Of a stretch of 32,000 nucleotides of DNA, positions 20,188-31,669 are shown piece after piece. The DNA is from Mesoplasma florum L1. GTDB taxonomy: Bacteria; Bacillota_I; Bacilli_A; Mycoplasmatales; Mycoplasmataceae. The notes under the pieces were generated by a model. That model saw only the letters and a list, made by a program, of their open reading frames with translations, did no database searches and was not told the origin of the DNA. The stretch's first letter is position 1. Every line of letters begins with the position of its first letter. The position numbers and the translations under genes are program-made. The stretch is from positions 390,001 through 422,000 of the forward strand of contig NC_006055.1 in NCBI RefSeq assembly GCF_000008305.1, read 5' to 3'.

Positions 20188-22699
20188 ATTTTATTTCAAT
20201 TACTAATTCAATAGAGTTATCTATATCTCCATTTTCGCTAACTAATACTGTTTCAATTGTTTCACCTAAGTCGTTTGTTTTTTCACTCATACCAACAACA
20301 ACATATTGTGTGTTGTTGTAATCTATAATTTCTCCAACTTTAGCTATATGATCAAGTTTAATTATATCTATTTGGTCGACATCATCATCAGAATGTCAAT
20401 TTAAGTTATCAATTGTACCTAATTCATCATCATCCATTGATTCAAATAAATCTGAATATTTTCCTTCAACATCATCTAGAAATTTTAAAGCATCCATTGT
20501 TGAATCAGTTTCAGTTTCTTCTAATGTTTCATCTTTTAATGATTGATTTAGTATACTTTCATATTTATCTTCAACATCATCTAAGAATTTTAAAGCATCG
20601 ATTGTTGAACTTACTTCATTATCATCATCTAAATCAAGAGTTAGTATACTTTCATATTTATCTTCAACATCATCTAAGAATTTTAAAGCATCCATCGTGC
20701 TAGTTTCTTGATCAATTCCAGATGATAGTGTAACGTTTTCAAACATTGTATCATCAACATCTAAATCTTCTGGTTCAAATTGGAATAGAGTTCTTTCTTC
20801 TTCACTAAATATTAATTCATCAAGATCACTATTAACTTTTTCAGTGTAACTTTCAAGATTGCTAATTGTTTCTTCAATTTGTGTTAATTCTTTTTCAATT
20901 TCATGATCAAAATTTTCATCAATGTCACCATATAGAATTTTTGATTCAGATAAATGATTCATTTCTTCATTATTAACAGTTTTAATACTTAATTTTTCTA
21001 CTTCATCATAAGAATCAAATTCGCCTTCATTGTTTATTGATAATCTGTTATCTGTATCAAATTCAAAGCTATTTAAACTATCTTCTCCAGTTCCTAAAAG
21101 ACTTGCTGTTGTCATTTCTTCTAATTCTTCATAATCTTCTGTTTTAATTACATCTTGATCAAAAGTAAAATCAACTAATTCAGTTTCTTCTTCTGAAACA
21201 ACATTTTTAAATGGTTTATTAACACCTTCTTTAATGTATGCTTTTTCATGTAAGAAATGAACTTTATCTTCTTCAGAATTAAATCTGATTTCTTTGTTAG
21301 GTTCTTCAAATGATAACGTTTCACCATTTAATTCATTGTAATCAGCTGTTTGAATAGAATCATCATTTTGTCCGTTTAAATCAGCTGTATTTAAGAATGT
21401 ATCATCATGTTTTGTATCTTCTGATTCTTCAAATATAGCTAATGTTTCTTCTTCTAATTCTTCATAATCTTCTGTTTTAATTACATCTTGATTAAAAGTA
21501 AAATCAACTAATTCAGTTTCTTCTTCTGAAACAACATTTTTAAATGGTTTATTAACACCTTCTTTAATGTATGCTTTTTCATGTAAGAAATGAACTTTAT
21601 CTTCTTCAGAATTAAATCTGATTTCTTTGTTAGGTTCTTCAAATGATAACGTTTCACCATTTAACTCATTGTAATCAGCTGTTTGAATAGAATCATCATT
21701 TTGTCCGTTTAAATCAGCTGTATTTAAGAATGTATCATCATGTTCTGTTTTTAAAGAATCATCTAAAATATTTAATTGTTCTTCATCATCTGAATACTCT
21801 ATTTCACCAAGAATATCTATTGTTGAATAATCATCTATTTTGTCATCAAATAATGATAAAGTTTTTTCATCTTCAGGTAATTCATCATAATCTTCAAAAA
21901 TTAAATCTTCATTATCAGATTCAAAAGAAATTGGATCTGTTGAGTCATCTAATAAAATTTGTGTTTTATCTGCTTGTAATGTTGCTGAAATGATTTCACT
22001 AATTGTTTTTTCACCATCATGAACTAATCCACTTGTTTTTAGTTCTTCAAAAGTTGATGTTAAATCTATTAATTCATCATCAAAGTTTAATTCTTCTGCT
22101 TTATCAAAATTATTACTTATTGTTCTATTAATTGAATCAATTAACGCTGAAGCATCATCAGATTCATTTTCAAAAGTTTTTGATGTGTTATCTTCTGTAA
22201 TTTCTTCAACAGTTTCTTCTGTAAGTTCATTATCGATTGTTTCACTAACAATATTTGTAATTAAAATCTCACCTTCATCTGATAAAACCTCTTCAAATGC
22301 TATTTGTTTTGGTTTTTCTTCTTCTTGTCTTTTTCATAGGTTATTAGATAAAGAATTTAATCTGCTACGTTTTTGTTTATTTTGATTAATTTTGCTAAAA
22401 GGATCTTGTAAGTCTCTAATTAATTTTTCTGTTTGTTTTTCATTAACTACTTTAACATTATTCTTAGCTTCTAAAACTTCAACTCTCGCAACATATTTTT
22501 CTCATGCATTAGTTGAATCTTTTTTATTATCATCTAATCATATTAAATACAGTGTGTACTTTTTAATATGTTCTTGAATTTGTTTATCATAATTTGAAAT
22601 ATCTTTAGTTAAGATTGCTAAAGTTGCATCAGCTGAAAATTTTTGCTTTAAGATGTAATTATTTATTTTATTTATTAATTCTATTGAAACTCTTCTCAT
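20186..22699 (-). CDS. Very acidic repeat-containing hypothetical protein (837 aa), no signal peptide
   Basis: ATG at 22699 is preceded by AGAGGTTAAT. I translated the whole minus-strand frame by hand. It is open under code 4, with TGA-Trp codons near the N-terminus and at 20396-20398, down to TAA at 20186-20188. The track reports only 20396..21115 because the long upstream stretch has no internal start codon. Confidence 0.75.
20440..20700. repeat. Three copies of a short coding repeat (motif S-T-M/I-D-A-L-K-F-L-D-D-V-E-D/G-K-Y)
   Basis: ttagtatactttcatatttatcttcaacatcatctaagaattttaaagcatc occurs at 20548 and 20641 (93-bp spacing). A more diverged third copy lies around 20440-20500. Confidence 0.85.
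21117..21744. repeat. Two near-identical 295-bp copies with a 333-bp (111-codon) period inside the acidic protein gene
   Basis: 21117-21411 matches 21450-21744 with only a few single-base differences that I could see. The encoded unit is HDDTFLNTADLNGQNDDSIQTADYNELNGETLSFEEPNKEIRFNSEEDKVHFLHEKAYIKEGVNKPFKNVVSEEETELVDFTF.QDVIKTEDYEELEE. Confidence 0.9.
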
Positions 22700-22756
22700 A
22701 TTAACCTCTTTTATTAAATTATACTTTATTTACATATATTTTATTATTTAGAAATA

Positions 22757-22787
22757 ACAAAAAAACGGTGTTTTTACCGTTTTTTTA
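22757..22787 (-). terminator. Intrinsic terminator downstream of valS
   Basis: Stem aacggt (22764-22769) pairs with accgtt (22776-22781). On the minus strand a U-rich run follows. Confidence 0.65.
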
Positions 22788-25406
22788 CATTTTATTTAGT
22801 TTATCTTGAATTAGTTCTAATTGTTGTTTGTATAATTCATATTTTTCTTTTTCTTCTTCTATTTTTGAAGGAGCTGCTTTTGATATGAAATTTTCATTAC
22901 TTAACATTCTTTCAGATCTACTTATTTCATTTTCAAGTTCTTTTTTCTTAGTTGCTAATTCTTCTAACATTTTTTCTTTATCAATGAAATCATCGTTAGG
23001 AATTTCAATAAAGAAGTCAAGTACTGATAAACTTGTTGTTTCGCTAACCAAAGATTCATTGATTGATAAATTAGCATTAACAAACTCATTTAAAAAGTTA
23101 TTTATTTCTAAATTGTATTTAGTTATTATTTCTAAATTACCATTAGTTGCATTTCAATTTAAAAGCACATTATTCTTGATATTATTTGTTGCTCTAAATT
23201 CTCTTATTGAATTAATTAATTCAATAACAACATTAATGTAATCTGTTTCAAATACAAATTCTTTATCAAATCAACTTTCTTCTAAAATAGAGTTTTTCAT
23301 ATCTAATGTTTTATAAATATGTTCAGTTACAAATGGCAAGTATGGGTGCAACATAATCAATATATTTTTTAATAAATAAACAATTGTTTGTTGAGTAGCT
23401 TCTTTTGTTTTTGGATTATTTAAATTAACTTTCGCAAATTCAATATATCAACTACAGTATGTATTTCACACAAAGTCATAAAGCATTTTACCAGCAATTG
23501 CAAATTCATATTTATCTATTAAATAATTAACTTGTTTTGAAACTTTACTAAATTCTGTTAAAACTCATTTATCAGTTTCATTTAGAGAATTTGAATTTAA
23601 GATTGCTTGTTCTTCTCAAGGTTTAAAGTCTTCTTCCAAATTCATTAAAACATATCTTGATGCATTTCATAATTTATTAATGAAATTTCAAGCAGCTTTA
23701 ACTTTAGAATCACTATATCTAATATCTTGTCCAGGTGTTGAATTAGTTAATAATGAGAATCTTAATGAATCAGAACCATTGTTAACAATTACATCCATTG
23801 GATCAATTCCATTACCTAATGATTTACTCATTTTTGCTCCATGCTCATCTCTTACTAAACCATGTATTAGTACATCTTTAAAAGGTATTTGTCCAGTGTA
23901 TTCAATTGTTTGAAATATCATTCTTGAAACTCAAGAAAAAATAATATCATGACCAGTTACTAATACACCATTTGGTAAATATTCTTTAAAATATTTAGAT
24001 TCAAATCCTTCTCCACGCATTAAAGTGGCAAAAGGTCATAAACCAGATGAGAATCATGTATCAAGCACGTCTTCATCTTGAATTCAATTTTCTGCATCTT
24101 TAGGCGCTTCCATACCCACATAAATTTTTGTTTTATCTTCTTTGTTATATCAAGCTGGAATTCTGTGACCTCATCATAATTGTCTTGAAATAGTTCAATC
24201 ATGAATGTTTTCCATTCATTTTTTTAATACTTGATCAAAACGTTCAGGGAAAAACTTAATTTTATCATTGCTTTCTTGAAGTTTTAAAATCATATCAGCA
24301 AAACTATCCATTTTAACAAATCATTGATCACTTAAATAAGGTTCTACTATTGCATTGCTTCTTTCACTAAATCCAACTTGATGAATCATAGGTTCTGCTT
24401 TAATAAAAGTTTTTTCTTTTGTTAAATTTTCAATAATTTTATTTCTTGCTTCAAAACGGTCTAAACCTTGGTATTCTTCTCCACCCATTTCATTTATTGT
24501 TCCGTCTTCATTCATACATATTGGTTTTTCTAAATTATGACGAACAGCAATTTCAAAATCATTTAAATCATGTGCTGGAGTACATTTCATAACCCCAGTT
24601 CCAAAATCTAATTCTACATAATCATCAGCAATAATTGGAATAGCTTGGTTATTAACTGGATTAATGGCTTTTTTCCCTATAAATGATGTATATCTTTCGT
24701 CTTTAGGGTTAACAACTAAACATTGATCAGCAAACATTGTTTCTGGTCTTGTTGTTGCAACATTTAAAAATTCATTAGTTCCTTGAATCATGTATTTAAA
24801 ATGATACATAAATCCTTCAACTTCTTTATAAATAACTTCAACATTTGAAATCGCAGTTTTTTGCATTGGGTCTCAGTTAACTATTCTTTTTCCTTTGTAT
24901 ATTAATCCTTTATTATAAAAATCAACAAATATTTCTGTAACTATTTTATTAATATCGTCATCCAATGTAAATTTTTCCATACTGTAATCAAATGCTAGAC
25001 CTAATTTAGATCATTGTTGTCTAATGATTGCTGCATATTCATGTTTTCATTTTCAAGCTTGTTCTAAAAATTTTTCTCTTCCTAATTCAAAACGACTAAT
25101 ACCTTGTTCTCTAAGTTTTGCTTCAACTTTAACTTGAGTACTGATACCAGCATGATCCATCCCTGGTAAATAAAGTACATCAAATCCATTTAATTTTTTA
25201 AATCTGATAATGGCATCTTGCAAGCTTCCATCTCATGCATGTCCAATGTGCAATTTACCTGTTACGTTTGGTGGAGGTAAAACAATTGAAAATTTTGGTT
25301 TTTTAGAATCTGGGTTAGCTTTGAAATACTCATTTTGAATTCATCATTCATATCTATTTTCTTCAACTATTTCATAACTATATTTAGCTTCTAATTCTTT
25401 TTTCAT
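22785..25406 (-). CDS. valS: Valyl-tRNA synthetase
   Basis: ATG at 25406 is preceded by TGGAGATAAT. The N-terminus has [15 protein letters not shown] (HIGH motif), and KMSKS is present in track ORF 23688..23921. Fragments 24321..24866, 23688..23921 and 22785..23051 share one frame. The protein has a C-terminal coiled coil and is 873 aa. Confidence 0.96.
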
Positions 25407-25485
25407 TTCTATTATCTCCATTTCAATATATTAATTTTATAATATTTACTCTTTAACAAAAAGTGAAAATAAAACATTTGTGTTT

Positions 25486-25528
25486 AAACGTAAAAAATAA
25501 TGAGACAAACTCATTATTTTTTACGTTT
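25486..25528. terminator. Long perfect hairpin enclosing the ATPase stop codon (probable terminator)
   Basis: aaacgtaaaaaataatgag (25486-25504) pairs with ctcattattttttacgttt (25510-25528) as a 19-bp perfect stem with a 5-nt loop. A T-rich run follows on the plus-strand side. Confidence 0.6.
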
Positions 25529-28429
25529 TTTGTTTTGTTCTTTAGCATCTTGGTTAATCATTTCAGCAATTAATATTTGATTTTTTTGTCAATTACCAAC
25601 TGATAAATGATATGAGTAAAATACAATTGTATCTATCATTAAGATTAATAAGAACGGAACAATTGAAATTGCAAATGCTACAAACATAATTCATATATTA
25701 TCACTTGTTCATTTTGAAGTAGCTTTTGAATATCCTACTAATCCTAAAATACTATCATTTAATCCAGGAATTGTTATAACTCCGATTGATAATACTAATG
25801 CTATTAATGATGCATATATTAAAGGCTTAGAAATTTGTAATTTAATTTTATTTGATGCTTTTCAATTAGAAATTTTAATTAAATGTGCAAAGAATAATGG
25901 TGACATAACTATTGTTATAAACATTGCTGTTCTTCCAAATACAATATATTCATCTAAAATTTTATTTCTTATAATACCATCTGAAACATTATTCATGATT
26001 TCATGAATTTGACCTAATCATGTTGTTGAACTTAATTCAAAGTTAATTTTAAATTGAGCATAAAAATCATAATCTATTCAAGCTTTTGTATCTGTTGCCA
26101 TCATTCCAATAAAGAAAGAACCAACAGAACATAATGCTGATAATACTCCAATTTTAATTATTGGTAATATTAATCCTTTTAATAAACCATTCTTACCAAC
26201 CTGTGGTTTCAGTTTCATTAAAGTATCATCTAAAGGACCCATACCAATCGCAATCGCTAAACATGACTCAACAATTAAGTTGATATATAAAATATTTGTT
26301 GCTTCTAATGGTGATATTTTAAATATTAATGAAATTATTAAAATAGATAAAACGTTAGCCAAGTTGAATCCCATTAATAAAGTAATTGCTCGTTTAATTT
26401 TTTGATAAACGTTTCTTCCTTCGTTAACTCCAGTCATAATAGTTGCAAAGTTATCATCAGTTAAAATAACATCACTGGCTTGTTTAGCCACATCAGTACC
26501 TGTAATACCCATAGCAACCCCAATATCAGCTTTGCTTAAACTTGGTGCATCATTTACTCCATCACCAGTCATTGAGACAATATATCCCTTTTTCTGTAAT
26601 GTAGCAACAATCTTAACTTTATGTTCTGGATTAACACGAGCAAACACTCTTATGTTATCAATAACTTCTTCCAATTCTGCATCAGACATAGTATCAAGTT
26701 TATCTGATGAAATAACTTGTTTTTCTTCATAAGCTAATCCTAAATCTCTAGCAATAGCTAAAGCAGTAATCGCATGATCACCTGTAATCATACAAACCTC
26801 AACTCCAGCAGCGTGAGCTTCTTCAATTGCTTGAACAGCTTCTTTTCTAACTGGGTCAATCATTGCAACTGCTCCAATAAAAGTAAGACCTTTTTCTTCA
26901 AGTTTATTATTTTTAACTTCTTTATACGCAAAAGCTAAAACTCTTAAAGCATCATCACTTAAATTAATACTTGCGCGCATAATTTCATGTTTATGAGATT
27001 CAGTTAATTTAATAACTTTGTTTTCAATCATTATATGATCACAAATACTTAATAATTGGTCAATAGCACCTTTTGTAAATGCTATTGTTTTTTTATCAAC
27101 AGTATTTAAAGTACTCATTAACTTTCTTTCACTATCAAAAGGTATTTCATCAATTCTTTCGAATTTCTTACGATAAACTAATTCATCAACACCCATTAAT
27201 TCTGCAAAATCTACTAATGCTAATTCTGTTGGATCTCCAATTCTTTCGTTTCCCTCAGTAATACTATCATTTGGTAAAACTAAAGCTTTAAGTAATAATT
27301 CTTTTTGAATACTTTTATCTAAATCAAGATATTCATCTGAATCCATAATTCTATTATTATCAATAACTTTTTTAACTGTCATTTTATTTTGAGTTAAAGT
27401 TCCAGTTTTATCTGTACAAATAACATTAACTGAACCTAAAGTTTCAACACTAGCTAATTTTTTAACAATAACATTATTATTTGCCATTCTTTTTGTTGAG
27501 AAACTCAATGTAATAGAAATTACAGCAGCCAATGATTCTGGTATAACACCGATTGCTAAAGTAATTGCCACCATTAAATAACTAGCTCATGCTTCAAATC
27601 CACCAACTAAAGATAATAATAAGAAAACAAAAATTCCTATTAGACCAGCTACACAACTAATCACATATCCAAATTTACTAATTTTTTTCTCAAGTGGAGT
27701 TTCAGTTTCTTCGTTTTTATCAATAGCTTCTGAAATTTTCCCTATTTCTGTGTTTAAACCAGTTCCAATAACAATACCAACAGCTCTACCAGCTGTAGTA
27801 AATGTTGACATGAATGCTATATTAGTTTTTTCTGCTAATATAGTTGTCTCTTTTATTGCTTTGTGTGTTTTTTCAACAGGAACTGATTCACCAGTTAAAA
27901 TTGCTTCATCAATCATGAAATCAGCTGATTGTACAATTCTTAATTCAGCAGGTACATATTTACCAGCTTCAAGAATTACAATATCACCAACTACAAGATC
28001 AGATGCATCTATTTCTTTTTGATTATGATCTCTTAAAACTACAGCTTTTGGTTTAGAAAGTGATTTAAGTGCGTCAACACTCTTTCTAGCTTTAACTGTT
28101 TGAACTGTCTCTAAAACAGCATCAACAATAACAATAAGCATAATAACAACAAAGTCTATAAATTCATGAAAACCTATTTTTTCACCAGGAGATGAAATTA
28201 ATGGAGCTACAACTGATATAACAGCAGCAAACATTAATATTAATTGTAATGGTTCAACAAAGGCATGCAAGAATGTAACTCATCAAGGAGTAACCTTTGC
28301 AGTTGGTAATTCATTTTTACCATTCTCTATAAGTCTTTTTGTTGCTTCTTCTTCTGTTAAACCTGTTTTTATATCAGTATCTAACTTATTTTCAATTTCT
28401 TTTATCTGACTACTCTCTCAACTATCCAT
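25514..28429 (-). CDS. P-type cation-transporting ATPase, type II (Ca2+/Mg2+-type)
   Basis: ATG at 28429 is preceded by AGAGGTAG and overlaps the engB stop (ATGGATAG). Track ORFs 27587..28270 and 26078..27574 share one frame. Motifs present are TGES, CTDKTGTLTQN, TGDHAITA and MTGDGVNDAPSL. The frame continues through TGA codons to TAA at 25514-25516 (971 aa). Confidence 0.92.
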
Positions 28430-29018
28430 TTTCTACCTCTAATAATCTAATTAAAGCATCATAACTTTCTTTAATATTTATTTTATCTAAATTTGAAACT
28501 TTAACAAACACATCATTTTGATCAAACTCTAAAGTTTCTTTTATTAATTTTTCGTTTTTTGCAATTTCATTTCTTTTTAATTTATCTAACTTTGTTCCAA
28601 TCATTAATACTGGGATATCATTAGCTTTTAAAAAGTCATACATTTGAACATCATCATTTGTTGGTTTATGCCTTAAATCTACTAACATGCAAACAAGTTT
28701 AAGATTTTCTCTTGTTGTTAGATAATCCTCCATCATAATACCAAACTCAACTTTCATTGAATTAGAAATTTTAGCATAACCATATCCAGGTGCATCCACA
28801 AGTCTAAAGCTACTATTGTTAATATCAAAGAAATTTAATAATCTTGTTTTACCTGGTGTGTTAGCTACTTTAGCTAATTTTTTGTTATTTGCTAAAGTGT
28901 TAATAAAACTTGATTTACCAACATTACTTCTTCCTACAAAACAAACTTCTGGAATGTTATCTTCGATTCAACCAGACTTATTTGCTGCTGATTTAATAAA
29001 TACGCTTTGTTTAAACAT
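28422..29018 (-). CDS. engB: Ribosome-biogenesis GTP-binding protein EngB/YsxC
   Basis: ATG at 29018 is preceded by TAGGAGGTAAA. Motifs present are GRSNVGKSS (G1), DAPGYGYA (G3) and TKLDK (G4). Track ORF 28422..28799 is the C-terminal part of the same frame. Confidence 0.92.
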
Positions 29019-29026
29019 TTTACCTC

Positions 29027-29563
29027 CTAAATAAATTCTGTTTTCATTTTTAACTCAATTAAAAAGTCTTTTAATTCTCAATGATATGAAACTTTTATTA
29101 TGTCATATCCTTCAATTTCTTTAACTTTAAAAATTATTTTTTTACGTTTAATATCATTTTTTATTTTTTCTATTTCTTCAAGACCAAAAACTTTATCTCA
29201 TATAACTATTTTACTGTTCTTAACAACTACATATATTGATTTAATTTTAATTTGAATTAAAGTTATTCAAATAATTAGCATTATCATGTAGATTACACAT
29301 ATAATTGATTGTACTAATAACATTATGTTTGTAATAAATACTAAACAAATGATTGTGATAATAACAAATGCTAAACTAAATATCATTAGTGATATCAAAT
29401 AACCAAGGCATATATATAGTAATTTTGAATTTTGAAAATATCTGCTATCTTGTTTAATCAATTTTTGAATTTGTTTAAAATATTTTCAATCTTTTATAGC
29501 AATGTAAAATGCATACGCCATTAAAATTAAACTTATTAATAGCGGAAATATAATTAATTTCAT
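29027..29563 (-). CDS. Hypothetical membrane protein (about 3-4 TM helices plus a small C-terminal soluble domain)
   Basis: ATG at 29563 (MKLIIFPLLISL) lies 10 nt after GGAGA; the alternative start is ATG at 29572. Track ORF 29267..29461 is extended on both sides through TGA codons. The stop TAG at 29027-29029 lies inside the engB SD region. Confidence 0.6.
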
Positions 29564-29564
29564 C

Positions 29565-30173
29565 TTACTCATTCTCCAATCTGAATTTTGAAATGATAGA
29601 TTTCAGTTTTAGATCATTAGTTACAAAATATATTTCTTCATTTTTCGTTTTTAAGTAAATAGTTTTCAAATATTCACCGTTAAAATTTCAAACATAATTT
29701 TCAACTAATATAACATTATTAAATTTTATAATTTTAAATTCTGTGCCATTGTCTAAAACAATTCTTTTATTGCTTATATAAGTTAGCGTTTTTTCTAATT
29801 CGTTTTGTTTTCCTTTTATTTTAAAAAGAGAATAATTTTTTTTAAGATTTTTAATGTATTGATCATATTCATCATCAAATTCTTTTTTCTTATTTTTTTT
29901 ATTTTCATTTTCATTAAAAGATACTTCTAATTCATCCACAAAATAAATGTTTTCATTTTCAGAAAGTTCAAATTTTGTTTTAATTGGTTTTAGTTTTCTA
30001 AGTATTTCGTCTTCTACTTTTTTATATTCAGCAATTTCTTTTAGATATTCATCATTAATTACTTTAAAAGGTTTGTGTTTAACTGAATAAACATATGACA
30101 AAATTCCAACAATTAAAAGTATTATTGCATATAAGATTATTATGCAAATTGCAATTATAAATTTTGAGTCCAT
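29565..30173 (-). CDS. Hypothetical N-terminally anchored membrane protein (202 aa)
   Basis: ATG at 30173 lies 1 nt after the upstream TAA. It encodes MDSKFIIAICIIILYAIILLIVGILSYVY (one TM helix). Track ORF 29688..30218 continues through TGA codons to TAA at 29565-29567, overlapping or abutting the next start. Confidence 0.6.
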
Positions 30174-30174
30174 T

Positions 30175-30846
30175 TTATTCTTCTTCAAAATCCATTTCAT
30201 ATTGTGATCAAATATCAATTAAATTAATTAATGATTCTGCTTTATTTAATATTTCTAAAAATTCATATTTTTTTTCATCATTTATAGTTCTATCAATTTT
30301 AAGTAAATTTATCATTAATTTACTTGCTTCTCTTAAATCATTTAAATTAGATTCTTCAAATGCTATTTTTAAAACTTTAATAAATTCATTTTCATTATCA
30401 TAGACATTTTTAAATTTTGAAAGTGATTCACCATAAACTTCATTAACTTTTTTAATTATTATTTCTTTGAATATTTCTAAAATATTTTCTTGATTTACAA
30501 TTATTTCATTTGCTTTTGATTTAGCTTCTATTGAATCAGTAAATTCAAATAAAAATTCATTAGGTGCTAAAAAATTACTCATAGCTATAGCTATTTGTAA
30601 ATCTGAAATAATTTCAAATTCTTCCTTGTGGTTTAAAGATTTAATCTCTTTTAATAAATCTTTTTCTATGTCATTAAGTTTATTTAATAATTTAGTTAAA
30701 TCCTCTAACTCTTCAACTTCATTTAAATTATCTAAAAGACTTGTTAATTCTTTTTTATTTTTTAATTCAGCTTCAACATTTTCTAAACTTGAAATAACAA
30801 TTGCTAAACCAGGTTCTAAAAAATCAACTTCGATTTCGTTATTCAT
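30175..30846 (-). CDS. Hypothetical acidic helical cytoplasmic protein (223 aa), first gene of the engB operon
   Basis: ATG at 30846 is preceded by AAAGGAGAAAGAAG. Track ORF 30208..30846 continues through TGA (30208-30210) to TAA at 30175-30177. The protein is Glu/Leu/Asn-rich with heptad-like segments and no TM helix. Confidence 0.6.
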
Positions 30847-30924
30847 CTTCTTTCTCCTTTTAAAGTATAATTATATTTAATTATACCTTATAATATAAAA
30901 AAGAATAAGAATAGAGGAGTTATA

Positions 30925-31635
30925 ATGATTCAAATATTTAAGTTAAAAGAGTTAAATCAAGTTGAATTATCACATTTGGAAGAATTAAATTCTTGATGAG
31001 ATAAACCTGTTGATAAAAAAATTGCAAAATGCAAATTGTTTATTTCAAAGTTTGGACTGCAGCCAAATGATTACATTACATTTGATAGTTTAAAAGAAGT
31101 TAATTTTAATGATTATATAAGGGGTGTAAATAATTATTTAAATTTTTATACACCGAAATTAAAAACAATTGTAAGCGAAAGACATGCTTTTAAAAAATTT
31201 GATAAGTCAATTATAAATTATATGCAATTAAATGGTTATACAGCATCAATAAGTACTATAGCATCATTTTATACAGAAGAAGTAGATCATGATTTAAATA
31301 AATTTAATAAAATTGATGCAATTAATTTTGCAAATAAAGTTTTATTAGAAAAATGAAATAAATTCAAAAGAGAAGTTTTATCTACTTTTGGTGGGAATGA
31401 AATAATTAAAGATGTTATAAAAGGAATATTTGAAAACGAAGTTATTTATGATGGTGTATTTTTTGACTCAAGAATCATTGTAAATACAATTGTAAAATAT
31501 GCATCAAATCTTTTAAAGAAAACTGAAATTACAGAAAAGCAATTTTTAAATATTATGTACTTAGCTTATCTTCAATCTAACTTTATTGAATCTTTTATTT
31601 ATATTTACAAAGGTTTCACAATAAACCTAAAATAA
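30925..31635 (+). CDS. Hypothetical protein (236 aa)
   Basis: AGAGGAG lies 6 nt upstream of the ATG at 30925. Track ORF 31036..31356 is extended both ways through TGA codons. The stop is TAA at 31633-31635. I recognised no motifs. Confidence 0.55.
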
Positions 31636-31668
31636 AAAAACTATTAGGAATTAAACTAATAGTTTTTT
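31634..31668. terminator. Bidirectional intrinsic terminator
   Basis: Stem aaaaactattag (31636-31647) pairs with ctaatagttttt (31656-31667). It lies between convergent genes. Confidence 0.75.
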
Positions 31669-31669
31669 A

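Noticed and set aside
20413-22577. Plus-strand ORFs 20413..20703, 21730..21993, 22185..22385 and 22392..22577 (His/Leu-rich or Ser-rich)
   Set aside because: They are mirror images of GAT/GAA/TTA-rich codons of the acidic protein on the minus strand. They have no RBS, and the minus frame is continuous and SD-initiated.
22828-23913. Plus-strand ORFs 22828..23241 and 23680..23913
   Set aside because: They are antisense shadow ORFs within valS. The KMSKS-containing minus frame explains the region.
24020-24202. Minus-strand 60-aa track ORF within valS
   Set aside because: It is out of frame with the valS reading frame (which continues through this region under code 4) and has no independent start signals.
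25407-25488. T-box leader upstream of valS, as is common in Firmicutes
   Set aside because: The region between the ATPase hairpin and the valS ATG is only about 80 nt. That is too short for a T-box, and I could find no specifier-loop or T-box (AGGGUGGNACCGCG-like) sequence.
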